Shown piece after piece: positions 26,068-35,276 of a stretch of DNA of 45,062 bases. The notes under the pieces were generated by a model. The model saw nothing but the letters and a program-made list of their open reading frames with translations. It had not been told where the DNA came from and did no database searches. Source of the DNA: Candidatus Thorarchaeota archaeon (GTDB lineage Archaea; Asgardarchaeota; Thorarchaeia; Thorarchaeales; Thorarchaeaceae); assembly GCA_003345595.1 (NCBI GenBank), contig PRDI01000096.1, positions 1 to 45,062 on the forward strand, in the 5' to 3' direction. The stretch's first letter is position 1. Each line of letters begins with the position of its first letter. A program made the position numbers and the translations under genes.

Positions 26068-26898
26068 ATGACTACTCTTCGCGACATAGTGAAACACCTA
26101 CAGACCATCTCACCTCGAGATTTCACCATTAGAGGATTGGAGAGTCGAGTTGAGATCGGTCCCCAGACCGAGAGCGAACAGACAAGAACAACTATCGGCA
26201 GAGTCCTTGTTGCGACATATCCTTCTGCAAGGGCAGTGGCAAAGGCTTCGCAGGACAAGGCAAATCTCCTGATTACATTCTGGCCGCTGTTTCCCTATCT
26301 TTTGGACAGACTCTGCGGGCTTGATCTGCTTCGAGTGAGGCTCCTTACGAAGAACTACATCTCGACCTACGTTATCGGTAGTGCCTGGGCTTCTGCAAAT
26401 GGGGGCTTGACAGATGCTCTCGTGGACACCCTCGTTCTCAAGAACATACGTGATTTCAGGACCGTAGGTGACAACTCAGAGGCGGTCCCACTTGGAAGAA
26501 TCTGCGAGCCGCCAAGTGTGTTGAATCATTCAGGTCTTGTGAATAGTCTATCAGAAAAGGTGGGCGCAGACAGTGTTCTGTTTACTGGGAGTCTAGATGA
26601 CGAGGTGAAGTCAGTTCTTGTCATTGCGGGCAGTCTCGTCGATGTGTCCGAGATTGTTCAGGCGGTAGGGCAGGACATCTCGACCGTCGTGACTGGTGAG
26701 CTCTCCTCAGAAACAAGGATGATTGCGGCCGAAGAAGGTCTCAGTGTAATCGAACTAGGACCATTCCGGACGGAGGAACCGGGCATGAAGCGTCTACGAG
26801 ATCATCTGGCCCTAGAGTTCTCTGAGCTAAAGATGGACTTCATCGAGTCATCTCCGTTAAGTAGGACGCTCAGACCCTATGCTCATGATATGGCATGA
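26068..26898 (+). CDS. NIF3/DUF34-like protein with degenerate metal site
   Basis: NIF3 fold pattern (ANLLIT, LGRIC, VVTGEL, TEEPGM), but THHP is TFWP and GHxxTE is GPFRTE. Confidence 0.8.
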   Translation: MTTLRDIVKHLQTISPRDFTIRGLESRVEIGPQTESEQTRTTIGRVLVATYPSARAVAKASQDKANLLITFWPLFPYLLDRLCGLDLLRVRLLTKNYISTYVIGSAWASANGGLTDALVDTLVLKNIRDFRTVGDNSEAVPLGRICEPPSVLNHSGLVNSLSEKVGADSVLFTGSLDDEVKSVLVIAGSLVDVSEIVQAVGQDISTVVTGELSSETRMIAAEEGLSVIELGPFRTEEPGMKRLRDHLALEFSELKMDFIESSPLSRTLRPYAHDMA

Positions 26899-27809
26899 GT
26901 TCTCTTTCCACCCTTCAGCTGCCGATTGGCCCTGCGCACCAAGACCACGTTCTTGTTGCGCGCAACTCCGACATCGTGAGCGACAGGAAGACACTTGGTT
27001 CTCATGATGTAGACCACCGGGCATTTGAGCTCTATCTCCGTTAGGGACTCATAGTTGCCCATCCCCTTCGCAACCACGAGGTCGGATGAAAAGAGAATGC
27101 GCTTGAAATCCTCCGAAACTCGGTCTAGTATGATGCCAATGGTTGGGGCTCCGGTGTCCGCCACCTCGTCCGCGCAGGCAGCGAGACCCACCTCCTCTGC
27201 ATCCACAGACGTCGCATCATTCAGGACTGGACCTCCTCTCACGACTGCCACTACCTTGGAACCAAGTCGCCTGATTTCTGAAATCAGCAACATATCGAGG
27301 ACTACCTCACCTGAGTTGTCCAAAAGGTACGTCACGTGCCCTGACTTACGACAAAGCTGTCTAAAGGCGTTGATATGATCGACCGCAAGATCAGTTTCAG
27401 CTTTGGTCATGACCTCTTTCAGATCATCAAGTTTGAAATCCCGACCAGCCACGTCAAACTCGATGGCATTTGCCGCAGCCGCAACAAGCGTAGCCCTTCT
27501 GAATCTGGCTGAGGGGTTTGGCCCACTCTCAACAAACGTTTTGAGTTCAGGGAGCATTCGCATGGCAATCTGGTTGGACTCGTGCTTGAGAGCCCTGTAT
27601 GGGTCCACGCCAGTCATCTTCTGCACGAGCAGGTCTCTGTCCGTTCCTAGGTGACTTGGCACTGCATTCCCATCAAAACTCTCCGCGAGGAAGCCAGTCA
27701 TAGCTGCGATTACTCTCATCTGTAGGTCCGGATCAGAAGTTGCCAACTGGACTTGCTTCACAGCACGTTCCAGCAGACAATGTGCACACTCCAGACTGAC
27801 CTTCAACAA
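26883..27809 (-). CDS. DUF89/ARMT1-like damage-control phosphatase
   Basis: ECAHCL, DPY, ANAIEF, LLDNSGE, PVLNDAT, KGMGNYESL, KC. Confidence 0.9.
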   Translation of the reverse strand: MLKVSLECAHCLLERAVKQVQLATSDPDLQMRVIAAMTGFLAESFDGNAVPSHLGTDRDLLVQKMTGVDPYRALKHESNQIAMRMLPELKTFVESGPNPSARFRRATLVAAAANAIEFDVAGRDFKLDDLKEVMTKAETDLAVDHINAFRQLCRKSGHVTYLLDNSGEVVLDMLLISEIRRLGSKVVAVVRGGPVLNDATSVDAEEVGLAACADEVADTGAPTIGIILDRVSEDFKRILFSSDLVVAKGMGNYESLTEIELKCPVVYIMRTKCLPVAHDVGVARNKNVVLVRRANRQLKGGKRTHAIS

Positions 27810-27860
27810 TCATCACCAAGTCGAACGCTCACAAATCCTGTGAAAACGGAACGAAAGATA

Positions 27861-28544
27861 CTATCTCCTCAGCGGGGCGATGAGGCTTCTGAGCGCGGCC
27901 TCTGGCTTGTCAGACTTCGCAACCGCTGACGCGAGTAGGACTCCTTGAGAGCCCAGCCGAATAGCCGCAACCACATCATCGCCAGTACTAATACCCGCTC
28001 CGCACAGAATGATGACTTCACGGTTCACTGCACGTATCTTCTCTACTGTGCCCGTGATGATCTCTGGCTGAGCCTTTGAAACGGAGATTCCAGACCCTAT
28101 TAGCTCGGGGGGCTCAACAGCGACTGCCGTTGGCTGGATGGAAGCAGCGGCCACACTCACCGACGGGTTGTTTGTGCACACGATTGTCGACAACTTCAGT
28201 TTCTCGGCAATCCTCACTGCCTCTTCGATGTCTGCAAGCTGCATCCTCTTCTCGGAGTGATTCAGGAGTGTGCCTTTACATCCTGAGGCTACCAACGCCT
28301 CAGCCAGCGTGTGACCTGTGAAGCGACCGGCTTCACCGGGATCCATGTGCTGTGAAAAGACAGGGATACCGACCGAACTGCTTACCCTGTAGAGATCTGC
28401 AGTCTGCGGAGCGACGACTGTCGACACGTCGTACTCCCTTGACACCTTCTCACAAATCTTGGCCAACTGAACGGCCTTCTCGCCGGTGGCCTGAGGATAG
28501 GTCTTGAAGTTGATCGCTATCAGTGGAGTCTGTAGTCTAGTCAT
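27861..28544 (-). CDS. tpiA: Triosephosphate isomerase (archaeal type)
   Basis: INFKTY, LLNHSE, VAVEPPELIGSG, CGAGI, GVLLAS. Confidence 0.97.
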   Translation of the reverse strand: MTRLQTPLIAINFKTYPQATGEKAVQLAKICEKVSREYDVSTVVAPQTADLYRVSSSVGIPVFSQHMDPGEAGRFTGHTLAEALVASGCKGTLLNHSEKRMQLADIEEAVRIAEKLKLSTIVCTNNPSVSVAAASIQPTAVAVEPPELIGSGISVSKAQPEIITGTVEKIRAVNREVIILCGAGISTGDDVVAAIRLGSQGVLLASAVAKSDKPEAALRSLIAPLRR

Positions 28545-28677
28545 CCGTTTCTCTCCTGTCTCGGATGGCTTCCAACCGTCTTGCGCTCCTCTTATGTTGC
28601 GCGGTCATCAAGCAGAGGTCATACTGCCATAGGCCGGCCGTGGAACCCAACATCAGTGGCCCAAGTGCCGAAATACT

Positions 28678-29298
28678 CTACCTTGCTGCACCTATGAGGA
28701 GCTTCAAGAGCGGCACTCTTGCAAAGCCCCGTTTGTTCAGGGAGCTGATATCACTGCGAAGCTCGATTTTGATGAATTTGCCCGGCTCCGCGTTTCTGTA
28801 GTAGCGCATGTATGTGTCGGAGAAGTCTTTGAAAGTGACACAGGAGAGCAGATCATTCACTGCATCGTTTGAAACACGGATGAACACGTCTTCGTCGTAA
28901 GCCGTGCCCGGCTCTATCTGTACGCTACCCATGGCTTTCTTCTCGACCTTGAACCGGTCACCCATGGCCATGAAGGCAAGGAGGAACTCGTCTGTGTTCT
29001 CCATGCTACCAGCTATCCCTGAATCGCCAAACATGTACTTGAAACGGTCTGGCAGTGACTTGTGGTATGGAATCGTACTACCCCTGTCAGCAACCTTGAC
29101 CTCTGTCACCTTGGTTTCTGGTACTTCATACGTCTTGGCGGGTTCTACCTTCGGGATTTCTGGAACAATCTCTTTGACGGCTTCTTCCTTCGGGAGTTCC
29201 CAAGTCGGCTCTGCAATCTCCTTTTCTTCGGGAACTTCCTCAGACGGCTCCCCGTCGGCTTCCTTCTTGTCGCGCCCGAACAGTTTACGCCTTACCAT
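28678..29298 (-). CDS. Hypothetical protein: acidic/Pro-rich disordered N-half and possible SCP2-like C-domain
   Basis: Protein-like ORF from ATG 29298. The SCP2 resemblance is by eye only. Confidence 0.6.
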   Translation of the reverse strand: MVRRKLFGRDKKEADGEPSEEVPEEKEIAEPTWELPKEEAVKEIVPEIPKVEPAKTYEVPETKVTEVKVADRGSTIPYHKSLPDRFKYMFGDSGIAGSMENTDEFLLAFMAMGDRFKVEKKAMGSVQIEPGTAYDEDVFIRVSNDAVNDLLSCVTFKDFSDTYMRYYRNAEPGKFIKIELRSDISSLNKRGFARVPLLKLLIGAAR

Positions 29299-29437
29299 GT
29301 GTAACATTCTCCGTGCTCGCAACTGAACAATGTCCTAGATGAGTGTCCCAGGCAGTCCATATGCCTATAGCAGTGGACCCTCTTGCTCGCGGATTACAGT
29401 GCCTAATTCCTTGAAAAACATAATTCATCTGTACGGG

Positions 29438-29671
29438 TCAATGAACCGGGTCAATCGGGATGACCCTCTCTAGCGAAGGAATCACTTTCTCAGGCTGTAT
29501 CACAAGAGGTTGCTGAGCTGACGGCTTCTTGTCCTTCCAGAGCTCCTCCAACAGAAGATCCCGGATGGCAATGCGTATGACTTCAGAGCGGCTCGGGTAC
29601 ATGTCCTTGTGGATGAGCGTGTCCATGCCATCAACGTAGGACTCTGGCAGGCATATCGTCACTACTTTCAT
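29438..29671 (-). CDS. CopG/RHH transcription regulator (CdrS-like)
   Basis: MKVVTICLPESYVDGMDTLI...YPSRSEVIRIAIRDLL. Confidence 0.85.
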   Translation of the reverse strand: MKVVTICLPESYVDGMDTLIHKDMYPSRSEVIRIAIRDLLLEELWKDKKPSAQQPLVIQPEKVIPSLERVIPIDPVH

Positions 29672-29919
29672 TCTACACCGTTCAAAGGACAGATGATGGT
29701 ACTAAAGAAGTAGTGTCATTCCCTGATGCTCATCTGCGTAATATTCACTCCTTTGTCACTGTGAGCACTCCTTTGTAGTAGTTGGCAGAAAGGCAATACT
29801 CTAATAGATAGACATCCACCGGACCACGCAGCCGAAACCCACGTAGATCGAGAGCACCGAACTACGTGAGGATGGGCTTCAGTATTGATATCGTTATTCC
29901 AGTCTTGAGGTAGAGATCT

Positions 29920-30213
29920 ATGAGTAAAGGTAAGCCGGGTGAAATCCGTGTAAGTCACATCCTAGTAGAAAAGCAAAGTCAGGCCCTAGAGATACTCCGC
30001 AAGATAACCCAAGATGGTGCAGACTTCGGAAAGATGGCTCAGCAGTTCAGCAACTGTCCGTCAAAGAAGAATGGCGGCGACTTGGGATGGTTCGGGAGAG
30101 GCAAGATGGTCCCAGAGTTCGAGAGGGCGGCCTTTGCCCTGACTGCGGGCCAGATGACTAAGGACCCTGTCAAGACTCAGTTTGGGTATCACTTGATCAA
30201 GCGTACTGGCTGA
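29920..30213 (+). CDS. Parvulin-type peptidyl-prolyl isomerase
   Basis: SHILV, SNCPSKKNGGDLGWF, MVPEFE, VKTQFGYHLI. Confidence 0.95.
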   Translation: MSKGKPGEIRVSHILVEKQSQALEILRKITQDGADFGKMAQQFSNCPSKKNGGDLGWFGRGKMVPEFERAAFALTAGQMTKDPVKTQFGYHLIKRTG

Positions 30214-30282
30214 ATGCTAGAAGTGGCCAATCAGTGCAAATCCGCATACAATGAAGAACCCGGGACGCAGGGATGATTGATT

Positions 30283-31452
30283 CTAGTCGGCGGATTTCGA
30301 CGAGTCCTTCTTTGCGCCCTTCGGGCCTATCTCCTTCTCGGTGAAACGGTCTTTGTACTTGGCGAGGACCGCGGGGAGCGTCGTGTACTCCATGTCATGA
30401 TCGTGTAGCCTGTGAGGCATGAATGGACCGAGCCGTCTCAGGTAATCGGCTATTTCCATTCCTCTCTCCCTCGAGATATCAAATGCAACATCGTCGAAGA
30501 GATCAACAGGCCCGACAAGCATTCCGTTGCTCACTTGGAAACCAAGGGCAATCACTCGTGGTGGACCGTCGAACCTTGTACATCTTGAGTCCTTGAGGCC
30601 CACTGGCAGGAGAGGACCCGAGTGAGAACCGCGCATCCATCCTGAAACTAGGTGCGGCAGGGTAAATGCTTCAAGGATCTCTCCCATTGCTGGCAGGCCT
30701 GAGTGGCCTCTTACGATCGCCACCGGGTCGTCCTTGCCCACGTACTTGCCGGCGATATGATGCAGCTTGTCAGTGCTTACCACGGCAGCAATCATCCCAT
30801 CCTTTCTGTATACTCTCTTGAGCGCATACTTGCCCGTACTACCTATGAGGGCGAGAAGGTCATACATTTCTTCAGGACAGGACATCTCCAAATAGGCTGG
30901 AACCTCTCTCTCCACTTCTTGAACAACGAACTTGAAGCCCTGGTGAAAGTTGGGGTCAATCACGAGTCCTGCAGTGTTGAAGGGGTCTGCGAAAATCTTG
31001 AACAAGGGGAGATTGTAGGCGCCTGGTTCTGTTTTATCAGCACAGAACACAGCTATCGGTTCTGATCTTCTTTCCTCAAATGACATCTCTGCTGAGCCCG
31101 GACCCATTCCGCGCACGTTGCCGCTGAAGGTGTCGGCGAGCATGTCTTGGCCAGCAGCATAGATCTTCATCTCACGAGCCTTCTCCGTACACTTCATGAA
31201 CGTGTCCCAAGCGAGCCTGTGTACGTCGGGGTTGCCTTCTCCCTTCTGATGAGTCATTATCAACTCAAGATCATCACCCGCGTTAGCAACGCGGAAGTCC
31301 TTGATGATCTTCTTCTCTACGCCCTCCTTCATTGACTTCCTGGCGATTTCGAAGATAAAGTCCGGTATCACCACATGGCCGGCCAACGAGCCAACGTCAG
31401 CTTTGATCACGCTGATAGTGCTTTCAATCATCATGCCTTGCTCCTGTTCCAT
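30283..31452 (-). CDS. fbp: Bifunctional fructose-1,6-bisphosphate aldolase/phosphatase (class V FBPase)
   Basis: ISVIKADVG, GDD, YAAGQD, DKTEPGAYN, GKYVGKDDPV, GWMRGSH, EYTTLP. Confidence 0.97.
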   Translation of the reverse strand: MEQEQGMMIESTISVIKADVGSLAGHVVIPDFIFEIARKSMKEGVEKKIIKDFRVANAGDDLELIMTHQKGEGNPDVHRLAWDTFMKCTEKAREMKIYAAGQDMLADTFSGNVRGMGPGSAEMSFEERRSEPIAVFCADKTEPGAYNLPLFKIFADPFNTAGLVIDPNFHQGFKFVVQEVEREVPAYLEMSCPEEMYDLLALIGSTGKYALKRVYRKDGMIAAVVSTDKLHHIAGKYVGKDDPVAIVRGHSGLPAMGEILEAFTLPHLVSGWMRGSHSGPLLPVGLKDSRCTRFDGPPRVIALGFQVSNGMLVGPVDLFDDVAFDISRERGMEIADYLRRLGPFMPHRLHDHDMEYTTLPAVLAKYKDRFTEKEIGPKGAKKDSSKSAD

Positions 31453-31699
31453 CTATACCAAAATCTCGAAAGCTCTCTCCGGGGGCGTCAACCTCTGCCA
31501 TGCCTTGTAATAGATGTTTCGAGTTGATGGCATTCCCGAGGCCCCAACTGGACAGTTATTCTACAAGCATATAATAGTTTGGAATGACGTGTACAAGGCT
31601 AAAGCCCCAGATTATCCGAGGAATCGCGAGCACACAAAGTGAAACAATGAAGTCCCGAAACGAAGATAGGCCACCATGTCCGCTGACCGTAGAGAGTGA

Positions 31700-32539
31700 A
31701 TGACCATGCCGGGAACAAAAGTGTCTGCACGGAAACCCGTGACTCCTGATCGAAAACAGTATCACATAGAAGTCAAGGAAGGCGATGTCGCACAGACAGT
31801 GATACTCCCTGGTGATCCTCAACGGGTGGAGAGAATCAGTGCCCGTTGGGACTCCTTCCGGACTACGGGCATGCACAGGCAATTCGTTACTCATACTGGG
31901 GTGTACAAGGGTGTTCCAATCTCGGCCTGCTCCACAGGTATTGGCGGGCCGGGTACGGCAATCGTCATTGAAGAGCTCGCCAACGTGGGTGCGCGGGACT
32001 TCATTAGAGTGGGTTCGTGTGCCACACTGAAGAAGGAGATTCAGATTGGGGACCTAATCATATCTACCGGCGCAGTCAGACTGGACGGAACAAGCAAGCA
32101 GTACATACGCCAGGAGTACCCTGCAGCACCGTCATATGAGATTGTTCTGGCCTTGATAGAGGCCGCAGAAACATTGGGGGTAAAGTACCACCTTGGAGTT
32201 TCTGCATCGACGGACTCATTCTATCTGGGCCAGTCAAGGCCCGGTTTCGGTGGTTACGAGCAAGAGTGGAGTGCAGGCCTCATAAGAGAGCTGCAGAAGG
32301 CGAACGTGATGAACTTCGAGATGGAAGCCGCCACTCTGTTCACTTTGGCATCAATCTATGGCTTCAGAGCGGGAGCTGTGTGTGCCGTCTATGCAAACCG
32401 AGTAGCCGACGAGTTTGCGGTGAGAGGCGAAGATGCCGTCATTGACTGTGGCAATGAGGCCGCGAAAATCCTCGCTGAGATGGACACTCAGAAGACGAGA
32501 AAAGGCAAGAAAGCTTGGTCGAGAGCTGTCTTGAACTAG
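31700..32539 (+). CDS. udp: Uridine/nucleoside phosphorylase
   Basis: QYHI, LPGDPQR, STGIGGPG, IRVGSC, RLDGTS, DSFYLGQ, NFEMEAATL. Confidence 0.9.
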   Translation: MTMPGTKVSARKPVTPDRKQYHIEVKEGDVAQTVILPGDPQRVERISARWDSFRTTGMHRQFVTHTGVYKGVPISACSTGIGGPGTAIVIEELANVGARDFIRVGSCATLKKEIQIGDLIISTGAVRLDGTSKQYIRQEYPAAPSYEIVLALIEAAETLGVKYHLGVSASTDSFYLGQSRPGFGGYEQEWSAGLIRELQKANVMNFEMEAATLFTLASIYGFRAGAVCAVYANRVADEFAVRGEDAVIDCGNEAAKILAEMDTQKTRKGKKAWSRAVLN

Positions 32540-32553
32540 AAAGACGATGGTCG

Positions 32554-34371
32554 CTACATCTTGCCTATGTAGTAGTACTCGCCAATGGCCTTTTGCTGGG
32601 AGTCGAGTTGTGACCCATCCTTGTTAACACGAGGCCGTCCAGTCTGGGGATCGCGGCGGAATGTCACGCCCATCTGCTTCAGGAAGCTGTTCATACCGGC
32701 CCTCAGGGTCATCACCGATGAGGCATGACCAGACTTTCCGGGAATCCCGTCAAACACTACAAGATTGTCACTGAGATAGTCAGCCATGAGAAGAGAGTGT
32801 TCAACCACGAAGGATGTCCTCATACGGGTCTGAGTCATCCGACGGATCGCGCGTGAGCATGCCAATCGTTGCTCTACGTCCAAGAAAGCAGATGGTTCAT
32901 CAAGCAGATAGATGTCAGCGTCGCGAGCAAGACAGGCGGCAATCGCCGCTCGCTGAAGCTCACCACCACTTAACTCAGATACCGCGTGATCCAATAGAAA
33001 CTCAAGTTCCAGCTTCTTGATGACAGTTGTCTTGAATTCCGCACTCTCTATGAACTCGCCACCTGCTTCACGAAGAAAAACTCGAACAGGGCTGTTAACG
33101 TCGCCACTCAAGTACTGCGGCTTGTAGCTCACCCTGAGGTCTGTTCCAAGCAATGTCTTCTTGGGCGCTTGCCCTTCATCAGGCTCAAGTTGCCCAGCGA
33201 GCATTCGTACAAAGGTGGTCTTTCCGATACCATTCGGACCTAGAATGCCGATTACCTGGCCCTTCTTGACACCTCCTCCAGTGACGTGGAGCTCAAAGCC
33301 CTCAAACCTCTTGGTCATATTCCCATACTCGAGGAGCCTATCAGCACCAGCCCAGGTCACATCTTCAGTGGTCTGACCCTTGAACGATATTACTGTGTCA
33401 CGGAAGCGCATGTTCTCATCGGGAATGTAGCCGTCTAGGAATATGTTGATGCCTACTCTGGTGCCATGTGGATGGGAAACGATACCGTATACTCCCGGGG
33501 TGCCGTAGAACATGCAGACCAGATCGGAAGCATAGTCCAGTATTGATAGGTCGTGCTCCACGACGACCACTGTCTTTCCGCCATCTGACAGGTGCCTTAT
33601 TGCACGTGCCACACGGAGCCGTTCCCTCACGTCAAGATATGCAGTCGGTTCATCAAAGAAGTAGATGTCCCCTTCGCGCACAATGGCGGCTGTGATCGCA
33701 ACCCGTTGAAGCTCACCACCACTGAGGAACTTGATCGGTCGATCCCATATTCCGATAAGGCTCATGTCTTCCTTGAGTCCATTGAGCCTACCTGATGAGT
33801 CGGCACCCTCCAGAAGCTCGCTGACTGGACGCTCAGCCAGAGCTTTGACCTTTGGTAGGTCAGTTATGTTCTGCGGCTTGTGAACTGCTACAATGGAGCC
33901 GGCCCGCATCTTCTCAAAGAACGGTTGCAGCTCTGAACCTCGATACTGGAGGATAATATCATCCCATGATGGAGGTGATTGGACACGCCCCAAGTTAGGC
34001 TGTAGTTCACCCGCCAGTATCTTTACTGTTGTCGTCTTGCCCACACCGTTCGGCCCTATGAGACCAAGCACCTTGCCTTCCTTTGGTATTGGAAGCCGGA
34101 AGAGTTTGAATCCATTGACGCCATATCGATGACTTGTGTCAGTTTCGAGCTCTTCGGGCAGGTTTACGATGCTTATTACATGATAGGGACACTTCTTCAC
34201 GCAGATTGCCTCTCCGGAGCACAGGGACTCCGTAATCATGGGTGGCTTGTCCGGGCCGTCTGGAAACGTGACTGTGTCGTCGCCAGTCCTGACCCTTGGA
34301 CAGAACCTCTGGCACTCGTGAGTGCAGTCTTTGGGTCTGCATCGCTGCCGGTCTATTACGGCTACACGCAT
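32554..34371 (-). CDS. rli: Ribosome recycling ATPase ABCE1/RLI1
   Basis: N-terminal Fe-S domain, HRYGVNGFKLFRLP, two NBDs (GPNGxGKT, LSGGELQR), VTFRRDP...RPRVNK. Confidence 0.97.
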   Translation of the reverse strand: MRVAVIDRQRCRPKDCTHECQRFCPRVRTGDDTVTFPDGPDKPPMITESLCSGEAICVKKCPYHVISIVNLPEELETDTSHRYGVNGFKLFRLPIPKEGKVLGLIGPNGVGKTTTVKILAGELQPNLGRVQSPPSWDDIILQYRGSELQPFFEKMRAGSIVAVHKPQNITDLPKVKALAERPVSELLEGADSSGRLNGLKEDMSLIGIWDRPIKFLSGGELQRVAITAAIVREGDIYFFDEPTAYLDVRERLRVARAIRHLSDGGKTVVVVEHDLSILDYASDLVCMFYGTPGVYGIVSHPHGTRVGINIFLDGYIPDENMRFRDTVISFKGQTTEDVTWAGADRLLEYGNMTKRFEGFELHVTGGGVKKGQVIGILGPNGIGKTTFVRMLAGQLEPDEGQAPKKTLLGTDLRVSYKPQYLSGDVNSPVRVFLREAGGEFIESAEFKTTVIKKLELEFLLDHAVSELSGGELQRAAIAACLARDADIYLLDEPSAFLDVEQRLACSRAIRRMTQTRMRTSFVVEHSLLMADYLSDNLVVFDGIPGKSGHASSVMTLRAGMNSFLKQMGVTFRRDPQTGRPRVNKDGSQLDSQQKAIGEYYYIGKM

Positions 34372-34501
34372 CTCGGCTTCTCAACACCTAATTGAAACTG
34401 ACATTGAAACTCAAAACACGATATTTAGCACTTTGGCTGTGTTAGTGCAAGTTTGGAAAGCCTTTTGTGTCTTAGCGCGGAGCCCATCTTGGCACAGACA
34501 G

Positions 34502-34747
34502 ATGAAGACAATTGACAAGTTCCTTGACCTTCTCAATGGGGCGCGAAGATTGCGCATTGACGTGGTGGCACAACCAAGCGACCTCATGACCCAAATGAAC
34601 CTCATACGAGCTAGGTTGTTTCTTAGGATTACAGGCAAGTCCTTGGGTTCCGTTCAGCCCGTTAGCACATCGGATGCAGACAACATCACTGAGGGCCTAG
34701 GAAAGGATCTGTCACCCTCAAGACGTCTTGCAAGAAGACAACTCTGA
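34502..34747 (+). CDS. Possible 81-aa hypothetical protein
   Basis: The only plausible ATG ORF in a 500-nt gap. No recognisable motif. Confidence 0.25.
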   Translation: MKTIDKFLDLLNGARRLRIDVVAQPSDLMTQMNLIRARLFLRITGKSLGSVQPVSTSDADNITEGLGKDLSPSRRLARRQL

Positions 34748-34871
34748 AATCCTGCGGCCAAGTCCCCAGACTTCGACAGAGCCATCCGATGTAGGTTTCG
34801 CATGGTTTGTCGTACGAGCTAGTGGCTGGGGCTCTCGTTTCTACAAGGAAGTCTAGTTAGGTGGTATCCGC

Positions 34872-35276
34872 TTGACACCATTTGTGTGCAACCATGAAGG
34901 CGCGTGTGACGGGGTCAAGACGTGTTGTATGGAAACCGAGATGACATTGACCAAGTCTGACATAGAACGTCTGGAAACTGTGGATCACCCAAAGGAGAGA
35001 TTCCTCATTAGAACGACGGACGGCTTCTACCAGCTAAGGAATGTCGATGGCCACTGCTACTTCTATGACCCGGAAAAGAGGATATGCATAGTCTACACGT
35101 CGCGGCCCGATGGATGCAGATTCTATCCCATCATATACGACGCCCGCCGGCATAGATGCATTGTCGACAAGGATTGTCCGTCTAGAGCAACTGTCAGTCA
35201 GCAGGAGATACGCAAAGCCTGTCGTGACATACGCGTCTTGGTGGAGCGACTCATCGAGGAGGCGCACGAACGTTAG
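34872..35276 (+). CDS. YkgJ/CxxCxxCC cysteine-cluster protein
   Basis: C...C...CC, CYFYD...C.VY..RP.GCRFYP, C...CP. Confidence 0.88.
   Translation: MTPFVCNHEGACDGVKTCCMETEMTLTKSDIERLETVDHPKERFLIRTTDGFYQLRNVDGHCYFYDPEKRICIVYTSRPDGCRFYPIIYDARRHRCIVDKDCPSRATVSQQEIRKACRDIRVLVERLIEEAHER

Noticed and set aside
29716-29958. 80-aa ORF between the RHH and parvulin genes
   Set aside because: It overlaps the parvulin start on the opposite strand, spans a divergent promoter region and has no motif.
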